From: Chlorokybus atmophyticus
Taxonomy: Eukaryota > Plantae > Mesostigma and Chlorokybus algae
Reading direction: 5' to 3'
NCBI GenBank assembly: GCA_009103225.1
Contig: RHPI01000810.1
Span: forward strand, 434,001-498,000
Length of the DNA stretch: 64,000 nucleotides
The notes under the pieces were generated by a model. That model did not search any database. It worked only from the letters and a program-made list of their open reading frames with translations, and was not told the origin of the DNA. Numbering within the stretch: the stretch's first letter is position 1; each line of letters starts with the position of its first letter. Shown here piece by piece: positions 25,053-39,545 of the stretch. A program made the translations under genes and the position numbers.

Positions 25053-25865
25053 TGCTTGCTATGTTTCTAGGCCTATCTATGCTTCCGCCCAAGTAGATTG
25101 TTCTTTGTAAGCTTGTGCAAGCTGCAAACAGTAAGCGTGCAGTAACCGCATGTCGGCTATTAATTTATGCCTTAGCACGGGCAGAAGCACTAGCTCAAAG
25201 CGGCAATGCGCAAGCTGTTCCGAGCTTGTAGCAGCAACACAGCGACTAGCGATTAACTTATTCGCCTTGTCATCCTGCTTCATCAACCGAGCAGCTTTTG
25301 CCTTGTCCAGCAGTAGTACGCATTGCTTGCAAGCACCAACCCCACCACTGATCGGTCAAGAGCGGCGAACCTTTAACGACTATTCAGCTGGTGATAGCAA
25401 ATAGACTTGCGCAAAGAACACCCTCCTGCTTCTCGTCCTCCTCCTCCGCCTCCTGCTTGTCCTCCTGCTGCTCCCCAGCGTACAATCAAACGGCAAATTC
25501 TATAAAGGATATGCAACGGTGCACAATGTGTCGTTAACGTGCGGATAAAGTCAAAACAGGAACGCAGAAGGACGGCAAACGGCAGGGTGCCGCCGTCCTG
25601 TTGTGGTAAGCACGGATCACTGAACCTTGGGCGTGTTTGCTAAATCTGATCTGTGAGCTAAGATCACTGAGCCCATGTTCACGTTCCGACCGGTTGTGCA
25701 GCTCAGTGAAGCAGTGATCGCGGCATGCTTGGCGACAGTGGCGAAGACGGTGACGCTGGTGGCGGCGGCATTACAACTGGGGTTGTGCAGCCGCATGTGC
25801 AGAGCTGGCTAGCTCAGCTGCTGTAAAGAACATAATTCTGTCAAGCTGGCCGGTAACTCGTAGCC

Positions 25866-28800
25866 ATGCCGTCTAAGAAGAAGGCCAACTCCAGGCCGTC
25901 TGCTTCCGCTGCAGGTGTGTGATTTAACCCTGTCAGACTTGGAGCTAATCTTGTGAGTTGCCTACGACTCTTCAACGAATCTTAGGCTTTATAAGCTTAC
26001 TTAGCTCAGGTGACATGCATGCGTGTGGCCGAGTTTTACCCAGGCTCTAGCTCATTTTGTGTTCGACCTGCATGAATAGAAGTACTTTCATTCAGAGCGT
26101 GATTGCGTTGTCATGTTTGTCAACAAGGGCTGCTTCTCGTGCCTTTGTGTATCACGCAGCACGGTAACCATGCTCCGCTGCACTAGTTAGCTAGAACGCC
26201 TGTCACTCGTTCTCCCACGCATCCTTTTGCTTGGCATTTTGGTTCCTCAGTCGTGATAACCTTCTTCCGCTCACACAAGCAGGACCTTCGTCATCATCAG
26301 CTGGGGCCAGCAAAGTGAGCCTAAGCGCTGAAAACGAGTTGCGCGTGCGCCGGTTGCTGGCGGATGTGGACGTTGCGACCATCTCTGGACAAGCAGGTGC
26401 TTGCAGTGCATTGGTGAATTTTCACCATAGGCGCTTCCTGCAAGCTCGCTGAGGCGAACACTATCGAGTGATAAATGGTGCTGCGTGCCACTCACTAACA
26501 TAGTGGTACAATTGCACGCACAGCCCAACATCAGGTTGGTGATGCCCGTTCAAGGGCAAAGTACACAAAGCAGGTGCGCACGCTGTACGAAGCACTGACG
26601 GCGTTGAATTTTGCTTCAAGCAACATCGAAAGTGCCATCAGAGCGCTGCCACTGGTACACACACCTGCAACGCCATGTTGGAGTGCCTGCGGCGCACATG
26701 TCTGTTGTCCGATTGTGGCACACCTGCGCGAGTGTTGGTAATACTGGCTACTAATTCATCAGGACAACTTGACAACTGAAGTGGCCCTTGACTGGCTCTG
26801 CCTTAATGTTCCTGCTGAAGAGCTGCCTATCCAGTTTTCAATGGGAGTGCGAACTGCTCCATCTACTGCAGGTGCTTGCATGCATCCAAACGATCAACTA
26901 GCATATGCACTCATTGCTCACCTCGTCTCAACAGGCTCTTTGCGCGTTTTGGCAACTGCAAAAGCGGATGCTGCTGCACGGGGTGCTTCTGCAAACCGTG
27001 CAAGTGTTGCTGACGATCAGACAGATTTGCAAACCGTCCGCAAACTGCCGTCCAAAGCTGATGTCAAGGAAAAGTCGGAACAAGGCAAGAAAGAGCAGGC
27101 ACAATGGATTAAACAGTATCTGGCACAGCAGGCTGAGGAGGAAAGCACCAGCGGGGACGAGGTCAGGTGTTCAATGTGCGTACTTTCTACTATAATGTGC
27201 TTAAGATAAGTTGTGTTGTAATAAGGGTTAGAATGACTGGGAGACTCTTGCTTATGCACTTGTTGCATGCACCCTTCATGCTTGACTGATATAGTTTGAT
27301 TGTAACTTGCGCAGGCGGCTAGTAGTGATAGTGCTGCTAGCGATTGGGAGGTGAGTAACTTCTGACACTTTCTTTCACAACAACTGACACGCAACCTCAT
27401 ATTGCGCTTGCGGCTGCCAGCTGCTTTGCCACGTAGTCATTTGCAAGCAACCGACTCTGGTGTTCCACAGATGTGGGCGGATCCATCTGAGCAGTCAAGG
27501 CGCAAGCAGCTGCGCCAGGTAAGGTGGCAGCATGCACTTGTCCAAGCGTGGACTGCATGTGTGCAGTCCGCTGTGAGCTTGACACCGTTCTGGCAGATGG
27601 ACCCTGCAGCTCGCATGAATTTGTTCAGCAAGGAGTTGTCAGCAGCAAAGCAGCAGGCAGCTCTGGCAAAGACCAAAGGCGACAAGAACAAGCAAGCAGA
27701 GGCTGGTTGCATCATACGCGAACTGAAAGTCGAGATGGATCGCCTCGGTAAGAATACGCACTCAACTGTTGGCAGGCAGGAAGCTTGTACGAGTTTCCTT
27801 GACACGCATAAGCACATTTCTGCGATGGCATGTTTGTACTGTCCGCCCTGTAAAGTACAATGCCTAGTGCAACTACTATCTGCCAACACAATGTGCCAGG
27901 GATGGTTACAGCGCATTCGTGGCTGCTGTGGTTGTCACAAAGCACTCCATTGTAGACATTGGCTCAACGATGATGTTGCGACATCTGACCCAGCTGTTGC
28001 ATGCAGGCATTACGGAAGACATGCTGTTGCCAGTGCAAGACCAAAGTCGTCCCAAAGCAGTTGATGCTGAGCCCGGCTTCATCACAGAAGCAGAGGAGTT
28101 ACAGAGCCAGGAGACAGCTGAGCCAGCAATGGAGGGTAGTTCTCTTGCACAAGATTTTGCATCTCTACACTGCTGCTTGAACTCGCTGGAAGTGGCTGAA
28201 CGTGGCTGTTCAGCTACAGCCAGCATGTATATACTGATCAACAACATCAACACCTAAAGTGGATGTTGGTTACAGGAGAAACACACAGGGCAGTGCATGA
28301 TGAGCCGTTACCAGAAGAGGAAGGCATGGGAGGCATGTTTGATGAAGAGTCCAGCGCGGCGCTGCCGGAGTCTGTCCTTCGTGCTCAGCAAGCGAGCAAC
28401 GGCAGTGAGGAGGTTTGCCATATGTTGTTTGGCTATGACGAATCGCAGCCTATGCGTGCATTTGACCGGATCTGTCTTAGGAGCTTCTGCGCGTGTGGGG
28501 GGACTATGTTGAGACTTCAAGCAAGAAAGGTGGTAAGAAAGGTGGACAGGATGGCAAGCAGCAACAGGTAAGTGGTGTTTTTACACATTTTGGTCACCAA
28601 AGCAGATTGCTGAGTTTCGTCTTCTCCTGTTTAAACATCCACACAGGCCAACATTCCGCAAAACAGGCCCAAAGCCCTCTTGCAGCAGGTATGGATCAAT
28701 CGCCGTCACAACCATGTGACGCTGTTAGGGGCCTCAAATCTTTTTACTGCTGTAGTCAGTGTTTGTCTCAGTATGCTTTCTATGAAACTACCTGTCTTCT

Positions 28801-31800
28801 TAACCACAACCTTATCTTGTGCTGTGACATGCGCCTGTGAGTTTTTTCAGTTGACATTTATGCCTCTGTACGCAGCTGTGTCAGAAGAACGGTTGTCCTG
28901 CCCCCAAATTCATGAAATTGGATGCCAGTGACCGGTCGCGGTTTCGCTATGCTGTCGAGGTGTCAAAGGCTGCAGGGACTGCTGCAGGAGAGAAAAGGAG
29001 AAACAAACGAGTTGGGGAGATTGCGAGGATGGTACCGCCTGCTGGATGTGATGAGTGGGAGACCATTGAGGTACACATGGTAATGTGTTGGTTGCCAGCT
29101 GTGCTGCACAGCTCTTCCCTCCCCTTGTGGTGAGGTAATCTTTGGCAAGTAGACTCTGACTCGCTCAAATATGCCAACACAGGAGGCTCAGAATGTTGCC
29201 GCCTCCTGGGCGTTGCATGAAGTGTGCTCCAACCAACCGCTGCATAGGCTACTACCAACACCATATCGCGAGCTGTGGCTTGCTTGGGATGAGGCAGTGC
29301 GAGCAGGAGCTGGACGGCAAGAGCAGGAGAGGGAGACTGAGATGGACGCCTTCGTGCAGAGAATTATGCAAGAGAAGGCTGAAGCTGGGCCTTCAGGCAT
29401 GGAAGGGAACCGTGCGTGTAGGTGTGGCGTGTGGCTGTGTAGATAGCGACATGACAAGTTTTATGTGCAGGCAAGTCTTCGTCAACAGCACCTTCTGCAA
29501 CGCCAACAGAGGAAGGCGTAGCATCGCAAACCTCCAGCAAAAGGGCATATGGAGACGATGTTCAGGACCGGCGAGAGTCAGAGCGGCTGAGAAGGGGGTT
29601 GACTCAACGCCAGCAACAAAGAGATTACCAGGTGCTTGTTGTTGTATTGAAGGGCAGCGCAGATTTGCCCTCAGGCATTGCCCATGTCTCCTGTTGTCTC
29701 TCTCCTCCGTTTGCTGGCTCAATTTTGGCTGACAGTGTACACGTGCATGAGCTCTGTACTGTGAGCTTGACACTCTGTGCGAACTCGACTCACAACAGCA
29801 TTCCACATACTGTGATAATACCGGATAGCAGCTGCTACGTTGCGCAGTTGCCGCACTATATGTCTGTGGTGTCTGCTGCAAAGTGTGACCTCAGGTTTCG
29901 CAGGTTCTAGCAAAGGAGCGCAACGCGCTGCCGATCACAGGCATACACTCTGGTTTGCTAGAAGCCCTGGAACATGGTGACGTCGCTGTTGTAAGCGGAG
30001 AGACAGGTTCTGGCAAGACTACTCAAGTGAGTCCATGCTGATATGCTGGTTGCACAGAGCACATGCTTTCATTTGGTGCATGTTTTCATCTGAAAGTCTA
30101 CGCCCTGCAGGTCCCGCAATATATCCTGGATTATATGATCATGCAGAGTGAAGGCGCAAAATGTAACATTGTTTGCACGCAGGTATGGACTAGCGGCAGG
30201 CATCTGCATGTTGTGAGCTGCTCTTCACTTGCCTAGCCCTGATAAACTCATGCGCAGCCTCGACGCATTGCAGCAGTGTCTGTTGCAGAAAGGGTTGCAA
30301 CGGAGCGTTGCGAGCCCGCTCCAGGCCAGAGTGGTGAGATGTGTGCTCTTGCCTCAGACGAGTTGTGTCTGCACAGTCACCTGCCTGCGTGTGCGCATCT
30401 TTGGTGCTTGGTCGGCACCCAATCGTTGCACTTGGGTGACATTCGTCTCGTTTGGTAGGATGCAGCCCGCATAGTTCATGCCGCATTATGCCTGGCTTGC
30501 CATGTCGTGTGGCGTTGAGTGCGCAGCAGGCCGCACTGTGTAAGATAACCAGGAAATAACCGCAGCAAATGCAAACATACAGGTGGTTTGGTGGGCTACC
30601 ATGTTCGCCTTGATGCCGCTGCCACGCCATCCACACGCCTGTTGTTTTGCACCACCGGTGTACTGCTGCGACGCCTTGCATCCAACCCTGACCTCATTGA
30701 TGTTTCTCACGTGATTGTTGATGAAGTGCACGAGCGCACATTGCAGGTACTTTGTTGGCCCGCACAATAGTCAACAATGTTGCAAGTGATGGAAACATGG
30801 GCGTGCCTCGACGCCAGTGACTGTGCAGAGTGATTTCCTGCTGATAATCCTCCGGGAGATTGTCCGGCGTCGCCGCGACAGTTGCAACAGCGGTGGCGAT
30901 CTGCCCCCACTCAAACTGGTCCTGATGTCTGCGACATTGGACGCGGAGCTTTTCGCAGGATATTTCCAGGACTACCTGCATCAGACCTGCCCGGTGCTGT
31001 CAGCTCCAGGTTTGAGAACACATTACCCGCCCTGCTGCACGTTCTTGCTTCCATTGGTGTTTGAATATAAAGCCAGCTCGACTGAACATTGGACATGCGT
31101 ATGTGCAGCGCTGTGCATGTCTTTGCTATCTGGATGGCAACAGTAGCTATGTGTCCCCAAATGACAGTCGGAAGTCCACACCCCACTGATAGTCCCTACC
31201 TTAGAAGCATAGTCGTCATGTGTTTTGCTCATGCAGGAAGGACGTTCCCCGTTGATGCGCATTACTTGGAGGACATCTATGAGAAGACGGGGTACAGACT
31301 CGCTACGGATTCACAGGCAGCTCTGAGGCCTACCCAGAGGCAGGTATGTTTTCTGGTCGGGTACAAGTACTGTGTGGCCTGGCACACAAGGTGACAACCT
31401 GCAAACACAACCACATCTTGATGTGTGGAACTTGGCATCATTTGTGCCATACATGCAAGCAGATTGCATATACATCTGCAGGTGTTGCTATGTGTTGAGC
31501 CTATGCATGTGGCCTGATACTTGTATGGATCAATCGTTGCTAGCTCAGCCCGAGTACGTTGCTATTGACATGCTGTGCAAAGCACTTGTTCATTGTTGCA
31601 CGCCGTCTTTCATTCAGGGTGCGAAAGACTACAAAAACATTGTGGACGTTAATCGAGGGCGTCGCGAAGCTGTGGCATCCGGGTTTGGTGATGAAGCTAC
31701 CATGGGTGATGGTATGTGTGCATTGCCAACAAACTTGACGGCTGCCAACCTGGGTACCTCACATGCAGTAGCTTATTCCTGCCCAACTCTTGATCTGGTT

Positions 31801-34800
31801 CGCAGTGGTGCATGCCAGTCACTACTTGTAATGATTGTGTGACCGTGATCCACTCACTATGTATACATCACCTTGTACACTTCATGGCGTTGTTATGCTT
31901 AACTTCGGTTTTTGAAACACTTGCCTGTCATAGGCTGAGTTAGATTCAGTACATAGATACTGCACACCTATTCGCCTTTGCTACTGGAGCTTTCATTGCT
32001 GCTACTCAGTCAGCAGCACTCATCCGTCCAGCCCCGGCTCAGATCTGTTGATGTGTACATTAATCGAATCTGTGCGTCTGTGCAGAGGCTGTCAACCCCA
32101 ACTACGACTATGCAGACTATATGAGCTACAGCGAAACAAGTAAGCATACGCACACCTAAGCTGCAAGAATGCTAGACTGTTGTTGTCATTTTGATATGTT
32201 GTTCTGCAGCACGCAGAAACCTTGCTCGTCTTGACGAGGACCGCATTGATTATGAGCTGCTTGAGGAACTCGTCGCACATGTGGATGAAGCTCACCCCCC
32301 TGGTGCCATCTTAGTTTTCCTGCCAGGCATGGGAGAGATACGAGTGAGTTGAGTACATGCTGGCAGCAGGCTACTCTGTTGTCCCCTTCAAAACCTGCCA
32401 ATTTCTGCTGTGTGTGCATCACAAAAGAGTCTGCCATGTGGTACGCATGCAACGCTAGTAAAGAAGTTATCTTTCTGGCCAGGACTTGCATGAGCGACTG
32501 GCAGCGACTCGTCGATTTGGACAGGGCGCTGCCGCGCAGTGGCTTCTCCCTCTTCATTCCTCCCTTCCGCCAGAAGACCAGCGCCGAATCTTCCTCACCC
32601 CACCGCAAGGTTGCCAGCACTGCGTGCACTGCTCAGGCCTTTATGCCACCCTTGTTTTCCTCCCTATAGGCGAACCCATTGTTGTGCAGGTGTTCGGAAG
32701 GTGGTCATAGCTACAAACATTGCGGAGACCAGCATCACAATCCCGGATGTAGTGTATGTCATCGACAGGTGGGTACAACAGTCATGGTTGGTCAGCAAGT
32801 ATGGCAGTTTTGTCTACTTCATGTGTACTCCACTGGTTGCGCGCACAGTGGCAAAGTCAAGGAGAATCGTTATGACCCGCATCGAGGCATGTCATCCCTT
32901 GTTGAAGCTTGGATATCTCAAGCATCCTCGCGCCAACGTAAAGGCCGCGCTGGTCGTGTGCAGCCAGGTACGTGACAACTTAGTTGCAAAGTGAACAATA
33001 TACAGCTGTGCCGTTTGAGTTGTAGCAATACCGTTTCCTCGGCATGCAGGACAGTCCTTTGCACTGTACACCCGGAAGCGTGCCTCACAGCTCGCAGCAT
33101 ATCAACTTCCGGAGATCATGCGTGTGCCATTGGTTGAGGTATGCCTGCAGGCGAAGCTTCTGCGTATCGGCACGTCTGTTGGGGAACTTCTGGACAAAGC
33201 GGTGCAGCCGCCTAAACACGAGGCTGTGACATCCGCGTTGAAGACTCTCACAGAGGTGCAATGATCTCCCCACTACACTTGTGCATGTGCGTATCATTGC
33301 AATACGTCCAACAAGTGTGATCGTGATGCTGATGCAGCCTTGCTCGTTTGCTAGGTGGGTGCCATTGATGAACAGGAGCGCTTGACCCCACTGGGTCAGC
33401 ACCTGGCAGCTCTCCCAGTGGACGTACACGCCGGGAAGCTTCTCATCTGCGCCGCATGCTTCGGATGCCTTGCGCCGGCGCTTACCATTGCCGCCTGCCT
33501 CAGCTACAAGACTCCCTTTGCAGGGGGTCTTGAGCAAAGGGACGCTGCCGACAGGGCCAGGTGTGCTGCGCGCGATGCATGCTCAACAGTTGTTGCGACT
33601 TGCAGACCTTGATCCCCTTCTGATAGGCAAGCGTTGGTGGCTTCAGCATCGGCAGACCAGTCCAACGCAGACTTTGCACGTATTGCGCGCGGGCAGCAGT
33701 CAGACCACCTGGCTGCTGTTGCCGCCTTCTCTGGCTGGCAGGATGCGTATGAGCGCGGTGGGAGGCGAAAGGCGGCTGACTTCTGCAGGTGCCTGCAGCT
33801 GCCAAGCATGGCAACATCTTGTTACAGTTGCAGAAATGTGTCTCCAACTGTTCACCTGCATTCGCAGACAGCATTACCTCAGCTCGCAGACGCTGGAGAT
33901 GTTAGCTGACATGCGGGGTCAGTTTGCCAGGCTGCTTGCGGACATGCAGTTTGTCATCCCTCCCAAGAATCTGCGGGTACGGCTTCGATTTTTCGTAGCA
34001 TCCATTGCAAAGTGCGTTATGTACACTATGCGTACAACTAGTAATGGTTACGCAGAATGTACGAGATACCGCCTGGGTTGATAAGCCTGCACAGCCCTGG
34101 AACGCAAATGCGCATCGACCTGAAGTCATCAAGGTGGATAATTTCGTATGCATGCCACATGCTTAACAGGTTGTGTCCCAACTTCTTGTTACAGCTTCTG
34201 TTGTGCACAGGCGGTGCTTTGCGCAGGGCTGTATCCCCATGTTGCGACCATTGTCATGGATGCTGCCTATTCAACCAAGCGCCCGCGCTGGACAGATGGC
34301 CGTCAAGACGTGGCTATCCATCCCTCTTCTGTGTTGCATGCTGTTGACAACTTTGCCTTGCCGTTCCTGGTGTTTCATGAAAAGGTCATTGCATGCCCTG
34401 GAGTTTTTCACTAAGCATACAGAGACACATGGGCCCTCGCTTACACCATGTATTTAGGTCCGCACAGCAAGGGTGTACTTGCGAGAGGTTTCGGTGGTGT
34501 CACCCTACGCTCTGCTTTTGTTTGGGGGTGCCATTGCCGTGCGACATGAGAGCGGAGAGATCCTCATTGATGGCTGGCTACGGTTCAAAGCCCCAGCGCA
34601 GATCGCCGTGTTGTTCAAGGAGTTACGGCGGGCAATAAACTCTGTCCTGAGTGACAAAATCAGAAGGCCAGAGGTATGCATGCCTTCTGTACAGTTGCAG
34701 TTTTTCTCATGCTGCTTACAACGCGTAAGCATCTTGCTGGTTGTTCTCTTACAGAATGGTTACTGTGCAGCTGGATGTTTCTGCCGCTGGCAGCAAGGTT

Positions 34801-34848
34801 GTCGCAACCATAGTTCAACTGCTGGCGGATGAGCACAGGGCGGACTGA
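25866..34848 (+). CDS. DExH-box RNA helicase (DHX29/DHX57-like); multi-exon
   Basis: UBA-like [20 protein letters not shown] (29997-30026), [18 protein letters not shown] (30720-30731), [43 protein letters not shown]2 [16 protein letters not shown] fold IHPSSV; stop TGA at 34846-34848. Confidence 0.95.
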
Positions 34849-37800
34849 AGCGCGGGTCAGTTCAAACAGCCCCAGCAAGCGCGGATGCTATGCAATATCT
34901 GAACGACAATGGGACGCGGTGGCCTGGCTTGCTGGCACAAGCTGTATGCTGCTGCACAAATAATAAGTCCTGCCAGTTTGTGTTGAGGCAATGCATTAGC
35001 ACATCACTCTGCATGATTGCAGTCGAGTTCCTGGCCGTCTTGCCCGGCCATGTTTATTGCCATTGGACTGTGAGGTGACTATCCCTTGCTGCTGAAGCGG
35101 CATGGTCAATGCCTCGGTGGCAAGGGAACACTGCGATGATACTGGATACAATAAGGATAACATATGACACACAACACCATGAATGTGGTTTCAGTGACAT
35201 CAGTAACTAGAGTCTGGCAGCCCAGTCTACTAAAGTCTAATGCTGATGCTAATGCGTGCTGTTGAAAAGGAATGCGTATGCTCACAAGTACCAAGCTCCG
35301 CAGCAGTGCCTTGCCAATAGGCATAGCAGTTCATTCAAATCTAGCACTAGGCAGCTACCGAATTACATGAAGCATACAGATCAATTGGCAACATGGTGGT
35401 GGTAGGGATGTAAAGGCCATCACAACCAATTCTGATTGCGTGCCACTCTCGATTGCCATCTCATTTTGCTCACGACACTGGGCTCTCTGCAGTTTGTTGG
35501 CAACAACCATTGCCAGTGGAAGGAGAACAGACCGCACACACAGGCGGAATCAATGCCTGAAAGGCACAGGTATACCGCACATGGAAAATTGAAAGAATTC
35601 ATAGTCCGCATTCGGTAGACAACGGGCATCTTTGTTACACCCATCCAGGGCTGGCACCATCGCGACACGATGTTGGCTCGGAGGTCATTGGAACCCTGAT
35701 GGGAATTGTGACGCCGGCCCAAGCTAGATATGCTTATACCACACTTGAGTGACGACAATGTAACTCTTGCTATGACTCAACACTCGCACAGCATTGCATA
35801 ATTTCTACACTTGCCCACACACATGTCAACCTTAACCTGTGCAATGCTTATGTGCTTACGCTTGTGTGCTGCACTCTTCCAACATCACAAGACTTACAAG
35901 ACTCACACTAGGCTCACAATAAGTTACTCTCAACTTGTGCAAGACTACTAGTGTGTTACATCAATCGCAATAGAGATTGGAACAAGTACACCAAGTAGCT
36001 TGTTGAAATCTTGTAGCCTTTTTCGCTTGGCACCCCTTAAATGATCTTCCCAAACACCCCACTTGTGGAGCCTTCCCTTGGATGCACGCACCCGCACAAT
36101 ACCTCGAAACCCTTTAGCTTGTTATTGTTTTTACTGGTGAGCACTTGCTCACATTCATATAAGCCTTAGTCAAATGAGTTCCATAATGTTAAACTTGTAA
36201 TCATTGTTGACTAACTCTTTGAATTCTTGCAAGGGAGTTATAGCTCTATGGTGCCACGTTTGGACCACACACGCACTGGCGTGTGGCGATCAACCTACCT
36301 CTCATGACCTCACGACCTCCTGGGCATGTGCTTGCCAAGCACCAGTGGTTGACAACGCCTCTCCGTTGTGTAACCTCTATTTCACATGGATAGTGAGAGT
36401 TACAACTCCCAACCATGTGCTCACACTTGTTGCTTGGCGTATACACACACACACCAAGTTGTATCGCAAGCCTTTCTCTTGAGATAGCCAAGTTCAAACC
36501 CACAATGTATGTACCGTTGCATACATCTGTTTTAGGGCTTTCCCGACCGTCAGATCTAGCTAGCGGCCTCACGTGACGCGAGTGCGTCCGCGATGGAGCC
36601 GCGATGGAGGCGCGACCGCGACGCGGCAGCATTTGCCGCGAAGCGCCCTCCTTTAGGGCCTTGTCAATGAAGGCCCTCACTACCTTAGTCGTGGGTTGGT
36701 ACGTTATCATGAAGTAATGTACCAAGTCTTGCTAGTATGCAAGCACTCATTTGAGCCATGTTTAATGACAGATCATACTATGTGCACATGCACATACTTA
36801 GTGCCATTGTTGTCTATTTCATGAACAATTAAAGAACATTTTGCCTTATAATCAATGCTAATTAAATACACTTGTTACAGGAATGTCGTGCTGCTTGAAA
36901 AATGATGAGAGGTTCCAAGTCATCCCCGAGCCAGCGGCAATCAGGAATGTGCGTAGTCGCGTTGCAGTGGAGGACCCTGCCTGAGACAAGCCCACAGCTC
37001 CATGTGGCATGATTGAACTCTGCAGACCGAAGAGGCGGCGCACAATTGACATCGCACTTGGAGCCGGATACACCACACCTGAATGGGCCCCTCTTGAGCA
37101 GCTCTAAGTGGCCCACATGGGCTCTTTAGGGCGGAGGAGTTTTGCAAGGCGGTCCAAAGCCGGGTGCTCTTCGTCCACGTACTTGGTAAGTTCCGGCTAG
37201 CACGATCATTGCTAAACGCCGTGGCCAGCGCGTCAATATCAACAATCATGGCAATGCTGATTTTGCAACAAGCCGACAGTTTAGGCACAGGAAGAAACTG
37301 GCAACGACGATGCGCTGGAAGCAATTAAACGCCATGGGCAGGGCGAGCATCACGAGCTCGGCAGCAAACACAGCTTACGGGACAAAGATAAACGCCGTCA
37401 CACTGGAGAGGCTTTACAAGCAAGCTAGGCTAGACCCGGAGCGCAGGAGAGAACGCCCCCAGCCAGGAAGTGGGTGCCCGGTAGTTGGGACGATCCAGAG
37501 AGGTGCAAGGAATGCAAAATCCAGCGCGAAGGCCAACGGCTTTGCCTAGTGGGGAAGGAGTAGCGAGACTGACCTGCACCATGCCCACCGCTGCCCGCGA
37601 AACCTTGCATGCTAGAGCGACTGCTAGCAATGCAAGCACCACTAACCCTACCGCTCCGACCACCGCCGCAGGCAGTTTTGCTGAGTACCCCACCAGTGCT
37701 CTTCGCGTCTCATGCCATTGATACGGCAGCTGCAAAGAGCAACAAAAGACGGCTCAGCCCCAGAGACAACACGCATATGCAGACTCTAGTTACCACGCAT

Positions 37801-38519
37801 GCAAGTACAAGTGAGTATTACGGACAAATCAACCCATGCAAGCGCGACGAAGCACGATGCCATTGATTTGAATGACATTCTCTGTGCAATGGTGTGAAAT
37901 CAAAAAGCAAGTGAGGAACAAGTGCAATGCCGGGCAATTCATTCGGCAGTTCTTATTGTTGTCTTGTTCAACTGTGTGCATATAGCAAGGGAGACAGAGA
38001 GCATACCTGGAGAAAGGGAGCGCTCCACTAGTATCACGGCTTGAGCTGCGACATGCCGGGGAAGGTGATGACGGACTTGGCGGAGCAAGGGACCTCCCAC
38101 TGCAAGCGCTGGTAGTAGTACAATTGGTCCATCTCATAGCCGAAAGGCAAGCGAAACAGCCCATGGAGCCTGCGGAGGCGCGTCGGGGTTGTAGAGCGGC
38201 GCTTTAAGCAAGCTCGCAAAGTAAGAGTTAAAGAAGCCTTGGTCGCCACCGTTGTAAGATTTGAGCGCATGCGCGAGCGCTTACATGTCGGTGAGGGTGT
38301 TATTCATGGGCACGAGGACCACGAGCCCCGTGTAGAATGTGCATGGGTTGATAAAGAATGCGCAAAAGTCCCCGCACTTAAACAAATTGTCCATGTTCCC
38401 TTGAACAGATTGTCCGCATCCAGCAGCACCACCCTTTTGTACTCTGTCAACCCCCACGACTATAACTGCAGCAACAAACACCCAGCAATCCAACTCATCA
38501 ATGCTTCCGATACGCAAGT

Positions 38520-39545
38520 GAACAGAGGCAAAATGTGACAACAGATTGCAGTGCGCAAACATCTACAGGCTCTTTAATGACGGAATGATAAAATGTAAGC
38601 ATGTGCGCGAGCGCACGCACGCATGCGTGGTATGTGAATGAATACCAGAGGCAGAATGCATCAATAGACTGCAGCTGTGACGATGCTCGTGCCTTGTCAC
38701 CTGTGAGTTAGTCCAATCAACAACCCTCTCACGAAGACACGGTATTCACACCGAAACCTTGCCCTTTCTGCCAAGCACACACGCGCGCCCCGCCGCTCGC
38801 GCACGCGCATGCGCTCGAAGCTACACAGCGACTTGTGTAGCGCCTTTAATCGTCACACAAGCAAGCACACACTAGTGGACACACGCTAGCAACCCTTTCT
38901 AACCACCACCAAGCTTGCACACAAGAAACTAGGGAGCTAAAGGTTGTATTGCACATTGTAGAATGCCGCTTTTATACCTACCAGTCTGCACATGCTACTG
39001 TCTAGACAATTCCCGTGCTACACAAAACTAGATGCTAAGATGTCATTGCAGAACCTTGTAGTATACTTCTAGATCTTTCTTACGCATCAAAGATCTTCTG
39101 ATTAAGTGCTCATATGGTCAAGTTATACTACTTGGCGCCAGGCCCTTCCAGAAATCTGGTCGAGCCCTTCTCAACTGGCCCTCCGTTTTCTGACACCTTC
39201 CGGACTGGTCCTGGGCCCCCGGTCGATATCCGCGGCAGACTCACAACTCACCGATATCTGCCATAAGTCATAAAAACGTGGTGCTTGATAAATGGGCCAA
39301 AAAAGATTCAGAAATCATGAAACTTAGCCTCGACTATTACAGCAGTGTGCAAATTCCTTCACACTCTTAAATGACAGAATGATGTAATATACGCATGCAT
39401 GTGCGCGCGCGCGCACGCAGCATGTGTGGTATGCGAGTGAACACCAGAAGCCAAATGTAACAATAGTACTACTGTGTGCAAACATCTTCAGGCTATTGAA
39501 TGAAAGAATGACAGAATGTACGCATACGTGCACGCGCAAGTGCGC
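38520..39545 (+). repeat. Degenerate ~125-bp tandem repeat (about 3 units) interrupted by the solo LTR
   Basis: The module AGAGGC.AAATG...GTGCAAA..TC...AATGA..GAATG...GCATG(CG)n...TGGTATG.GA.TGAA.ACC recurs on both sides of 38676-39341. Confidence 0.6.
38676..39341 (+). mobile_element. Solo LTR, copy 2 (666 bp)
   Basis: TGTGAC...ATTACA; flanks GCAGC (38671-38675) and GCAGT (39342-39346), i.e. a TSD with one C>T difference; roughly 85-90% identical by eye to 11043-11715. Confidence 0.88.

Noticed and set aside
35175-35200. Hammerhead-like CTGATG...GAAAC on the minus strand
   Set aside because: The conserved A after CUGAUG is absent and no flanking stems are evident.
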